This document shows positions 60,594 through 64,000 of a DNA stretch of 64,000 nt, piece by piece. Source of the stretch: Desulfobacterales bacterium. GTDB lineage: Bacteria > Desulfobacterota > Desulfobacteria > Desulfobacterales > UBA2174. Each line of letters begins with the position of its first letter. Position 1 is the stretch's first letter. A program made the position numbers and the translations under genes. The notes beneath the pieces were generated by a model that did no database searches, was not told the origin of the DNA, and saw only the letters and a program-made list of their open reading frames with translations. The stretch covers positions 1 to 64,000 of the forward strand of contig CAXXWC010000001.1 in NCBI GenBank assembly GCA_963668645.2, written 5' to 3'.

Positions 60594-60652
60594 CAAAAGG
60601 CCTTTGCTCCCGGGATGCATACTCAACCCCGGAGGAAAGGCCTTTTTTGTGT
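60594..60652 (+). terminator. Intrinsic terminator-like hairpin in the 5' leader of the ABC operon
   Basis: AAAAGGCCTTTGCTCC..GGAGGAAAGGCCTTTTTTGTGTT directly before RBS GGAGG. Confidence 0.6.
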
Positions 60653-60665
60653 TCCGGAGGCCTGG

Positions 60666-61679
60666 TTGCGGAAGAAACTCTTCGCTCTATTCGTGGCGTC
60701 CCTACTTGCAGCCACGCCGGTCTCGGCCCGGACGGTGACCGTGACCGACGCTCTGGGCCGGCAGCGCCCCATCCGCTTGCCGGTCGAACGCGTGGTGGTC
60801 CTGACCAGCGACGCTCTTGAAGCAATGCGCATCCTGCGGGTCGAGGATCGCATCGTGGGGATCAGCAACGCCCTGTCTAACGAGCCCGAGTTGTGGCAGA
60901 ATTTTTTGCACCTGCCGGTGGCCGGGGCCTGGAATGCCCCGAGCTATGAACGTATCGCAGCCATAGCCCCCGACCTGGTACTGGCCTACGGCCGCCGGCC
61001 CGGCCCGGAGATGGAAGCCAAGCTCGACGCGCTGGGCATTCAGTCGCTGCGCCTCGATCTGTATAAACTCGACACGCTGCACCGTGATCTTCTTGCCCTG
61101 GCGGCGGTCTTTGACGCCGAGCCGGCGGCGAAGTCCTTTTTGAAGTGGCACGATGGCCACATGAAGCGCATCAAGGACCTGTGCGCCGCTCAACCCGAGC
61201 GACCGGCGGTCTACATCGAGGCCTACTCTCCGTACAAAGCGTTAGGCCCGAACACCGGCGGCGGTATGCTGGTGGCGGCCGCCGGTGGCCACAACCTGGC
61301 GCAGGGGATGGCCGCCGACTATCCGGCCATCGATACCGAGTGGCTCGTGGCCCGCAATCCGGATCTGATTGTCAAGACGATTTCGGCCCTGAACACTTAC
61401 GGCGCCCAAAACGACCAGGACCTGGTCCGGCGCCGCGACAAGATGATGGCGCGGCCCGGCTGGCGACTCTTGCAGGCGGTGCGGGACCGGCGTTTCTACA
61501 TGCTCAGTGCCGATGTGGCCGCCGGCCCGCGGGCCGTGGTAGGGCTTGCCTATCTGGCCGGCTGGTTCCATCCGCAGCTCGCCGCAGAAATAGATCCGGT
61601 CAAGATCCACCGCGAATATTTCGAAACCTTCCAGCGCATGCCGTTAAAGGGCTGTTATGCCTTCCCCGATCGGCGCTAG
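60666..61679 (+). CDS. BtuF/FecB-like ABC substrate-binding protein
   Basis: VTDALGR..PVERVV, PSYERI..PDLV, RNPDLI, AVR..R.Y, GPR. Confidence 0.9.
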   Translation: MRKKLFALFVASLLAATPVSARTVTVTDALGRQRPIRLPVERVVVLTSDALEAMRILRVEDRIVGISNALSNEPELWQNFLHLPVAGAWNAPSYERIAAIAPDLVLAYGRRPGPEMEAKLDALGIQSLRLDLYKLDTLHRDLLALAAVFDAEPAAKSFLKWHDGHMKRIKDLCAAQPERPAVYIEAYSPYKALGPNTGGGMLVAAAGGHNLAQGMAADYPAIDTEWLVARNPDLIVKTISALNTYGAQNDQDLVRRRDKMMARPGWRLLQAVRDRRFYMLSADVAAGPRAVVGLAYLAGWFHPQLAAEIDPVKIHREYFETFQRMPLKGCYAFPDRR

Positions 61680-62709
61680 CCCCTCGCCGGCAGCGGCCGT
61701 GACCGCCCCCTACCGCCGCCTGTCACGGCGCAAGGGCGGCTTTCTGGTCCTGGCGTTGCTGGCTCTGGTGGCCGCCTCGGTTCTCGGGTTGGGCTGCGGG
61801 GCCGTGCATCTTTCGATCCTAGACTGGTTGAGGGTGCTTTCCGGTGACGGCGGCCTCCACGCCGCCGTACTCTGGGAACTGCGGCTGCCGCGCATCGTCA
61901 TGGCCCTGTTGGTCGGCTGGGCCCTGGGTATCAGCGGGGCTCTGTGCCAGGCCCTGCTGCGCAACCCCCTGGCCTCCCCGTTTACACTGGGGGTCGCTTC
62001 CGGGGCCGGTTTCGGGGCTGTGCTGGTCATCGTGGCCGGCGGCGGGATGTCCATCGGGATGGCAGCGGCCGGGGCCTTCGGCGGGGCCGTGGGGGCCGTG
62101 GGGATCATTCTGGCCGTGGCGCGCATGCGCCGGGCCTCCACCGAGACCTTGATCCTGGCGGGGGTGGCCGTGATGTTCTTCTTTTCGGCGGCCACCTCTT
62201 TTGCCCAGTATCTTGGCACCATGGAGCAGGTCTACGAGGTGGTCTTCTGGTTTTTCGGCAGCCTGGGAAAGGTCGGCTGGTCCCAGATCGGCATCACGGC
62301 TGTCATGGTGGCCCTGCCCACCCCCTGGGTCCTGGGCCGGGCCTGGGACCTCAACCTGGTGATGACCGGAGACGAGGCGGCCGCGGCCCTGGGGGTCGAC
62401 GTGGGGCGCCTGCGGGTCCGGGGGGTGGTCACCGCGGCCCTGATGACCGCCGGCGCCATCTGTTTTACCGGGGTGATCGGTTTCGTCGGTCTGGTGGCGC
62501 CCCATATCACGCGCATGATCATCGGCTCGGACCACCGCTACCTGCTGCCCGGAGCCGGACTGATCGGCGCCCTGCTCATGGTCTGCGCCGACACACTGAG
62601 CCGAACCGTTTGGGCCCCGCATGTCGTGCCGGTGGGGATCGTAACGGCCTTTCTCGGGGTGCCGTTTTTTTTCTATCTGCTCGTGCGCCGGCGCCGGGAG
62701 TTCTGGTGA
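61657..62709 (+). CDS. FecCD/BtuC-family ABC permease
   Basis: LRLPR, RNPLASPFTLGVASGA, IGFVGLVAPHI, PVGIVTAFLG. Confidence 0.95.
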   Translation: MPSPIGASPSPAAAVTAPYRRLSRRKGGFLVLALLALVAASVLGLGCGAVHLSILDWLRVLSGDGGLHAAVLWELRLPRIVMALLVGWALGISGALCQALLRNPLASPFTLGVASGAGFGAVLVIVAGGGMSIGMAAAGAFGGAVGAVGIILAVARMRRASTETLILAGVAVMFFFSAATSFAQYLGTMEQVYEVVFWFFGSLGKVGWSQIGITAVMVALPTPWVLGRAWDLNLVMTGDEAAAALGVDVGRLRVRGVVTAALMTAGAICFTGVIGFVGLVAPHITRMIIGSDHRYLLPGAGLIGALLMVCADTLSRTVWAPHVVPVGIVTAFLGVPFFFYLLVRRRREFW

Positions 62710-63479
62710 TGCTGGAAGTCGCCGACCTTGAAGTGCGCATCCATAAGCGCCGGATTCTCGATGCGGTCAGCCTGGCGGTGCCCGAGGGGTGCATCGTGGC
62801 GGTAGTCGGTCCCAACGGGGCAGGCAAGACCACCTTGTTGCGCACCGTCCTGGGAATGCAGCCCCCAGCTGCCGGTCACATAACGGTGGACGGACGCCCC
62901 CTTGCCGGCATCCCGGCCCTGCAGCGCGCCCGGCTTCTCGGGTATGTGCCCCAGGCCGCCCCGAGCCGTTTTCCCATGGCGGTCTTCGACGTGGTCCTGT
63001 CCGGGCGCCGGCCCTATATCGGCTGGCGCCCGTCTGCCGGCGACCTGGCGCAGGTCGAAGCCGTGCTGAGACAGATGGGACTGTGGCACGAGGCCCTGAC
63101 CGATTTTGACCGGCTCAGCGGGGGCCAGCGCCAGAAGGTCCTCCTGGCCCGGGCCTTTGTCCAGGAAAGCCGCTATCTGGTTCTCGACGAACCGACCAGC
63201 AGCCTCGACCTGCGCCACCAGCTCGAGGTGATGGACCAGGTACGTCGGCGGGCCACCGAAGCCGGGGTCGGAACCCTGATCGCCGTACACGACCTCAACC
63301 TGGCCCGGCGCTGGGCCGACCAGGTGGTGATCCTCGATCGCGGCCGGGTGCGCGCCGCCGGGCCGCCGCAAGCGGTGATGACCGCCGAGAACATCACCGC
63401 GGTCTACGGAGTGGTGATGACCACGGCCCACGGCGAAACCGGAGAGGTGCTGGTCCCATTGAGGATAAACGATGGTTAA
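62709..63479 (+). CDS. FecE/BtuD-family ABC ATPase
   Basis: [36 protein letters not shown] overlaps the permease stop. Confidence 0.94.
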   Translation: MLEVADLEVRIHKRRILDAVSLAVPEGCIVAVVGPNGAGKTTLLRTVLGMQPPAAGHITVDGRPLAGIPALQRARLLGYVPQAAPSRFPMAVFDVVLSGRRPYIGWRPSAGDLAQVEAVLRQMGLWHEALTDFDRLSGGQRQKVLLARAFVQESRYLVLDEPTSSLDLRHQLEVMDQVRRRATEAGVGTLIAVHDLNLARRWADQVVILDRGRVRAAGPPQAVMTAENITAVYGVVMTTAHGETGEVLVPLRINDG

Positions 63480-63499
63480 CCTTTGCCACGGATGGTGCA

Positions 63500-64000
63500 A
63501 TGCTGACCGATAAATCCCACCTGCCCCACCCCACAGCGGCACCGCCAGCAGTATGCCCGGCCCGGTACGGGCCGGAGCCTTCGGGGAGATCGCGCGGCCC
63601 TGCTCGGATCTATCCCTTCAGCGCTTTGGTGGGTCAGGCCGACATGCGCCTGGCCCTGGTCCTGGCCGCGGTCAACCCGGCCGTGGGCGGGGTGTTGATC
63701 CGCGGCGAAAAGGGCACGGCCAAGTCCACCGCCGTCCGCGGCCTGGCCGCGGTCTTGCCCGAGATCAGGGTGGTGGACGGGTGCGTCTACGGCTGCGATC
63801 CAGATTCACCAGGAGACTGGTGCCCGCACTGCGCCCGGCGCTACGAAGTCGATGCCGCGCCGATGGTGCGCCGGCCGGTGCAGGTGGTGACTCTGCCGCT
63901 CAACGCCACCGAGGATCGGGTGGCCGGCGGGATCGATTTCGAGGCGGCCCTGCAATCCGGGCGGCGCCGGGTGCAGCCGGGGCTTCTGGCCGCGGCCCAC
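63500..64000 (+). CDS. Mg/Co-chelatase AAA+ subunit (BchI/ChlI/ChlD-like), truncated by the window end
   Basis: Manual translation [50 protein letters not shown]; not in the ORF track. Confidence 0.92.
   Translation, partial: MLTDKSHLPHPTAAPPAVCPARYGPEPSGRSRGPARIYPFSALVGQADMRLALVLAAVNPAVGGVLIRGEKGTAKSTAVRGLAAVLPEIRVVDGCVYGCDPDSPGDWCPHCARRYEVDAAPMVRRPVQVVTLPLNATEDRVAGGIDFEAALQSGRRRVQPGLLAAAH

Noticed and set aside
60175..60665. Canonical cobalamin or SAM-I riboswitch
   Set aside because: Conserved elements (GGGAA, GCCACTG, B12-box; SAM-I core) not found on either strand by eye
61944..62708. N-terminal extension of the 511-aa ABC ATPase ORF
   Set aside because: Overlaps the permease off-frame; the ATPase starts at ATG 62709
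63806..64000. 64-aa minus-strand ORF
   Set aside because: Antisense to the chelatase subunit on the plus strand

Overview
GC-rich bacterial chromosome segment. Gene content (KdsB, RpoH, NIL-ferredoxin, UPF0280, corrinoid protein, TAXI/TRAP) suggests an anaerobic Gram-negative, probably Desulfobacterota (inference). 1-4.6 kb: a DEAH-box helicase gene is split by an IS4/IS701-like element (17-bp TIRs, 7-bp TSD) that itself carries a nested IS3-family element. 4.8-46.6 kb is mostly core genes: CNNM/CorC, efp, a TrpF-like barrel, guaA, kdsB, larB, a paaK-ACT-livKHMG operon, enoyl-CoA hydratase, amidase, mutS, an rpoH-led run, tRNA-Arg(UCU), NIL-Fd/mnmA/mtaB, a polar amino-acid ABC set, a LiuR-like MerR/acyl-CoA dehydrogenase unit, djlA and an MFS transporter. 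46.9-54 kb is a visibly lower-GC island: GntR, non-canonical M24 enzyme, TAXI-TRAP transporter, MtaA/CmuA methyltransferase, corrinoid protein. It is followed by a two-ORF Mutator-like IS and a TonB receptor / Btu-like ABC / chelatase locus. Best leads: (1) an unannotated Phe-rich leader peptide with a complete terminator/antiterminator ahead of paaK, implying anabolic phenylacetate salvage; (2) the corrinoid demethylation island with a rewired M24 active site; (3) divergent terminator-bearing leaders with no recognisable B12 riboswitch at the TonB/ABC/chelatase locus. No CRISPR array or rRNA seen. All calls were made by eye; no database searches were run.
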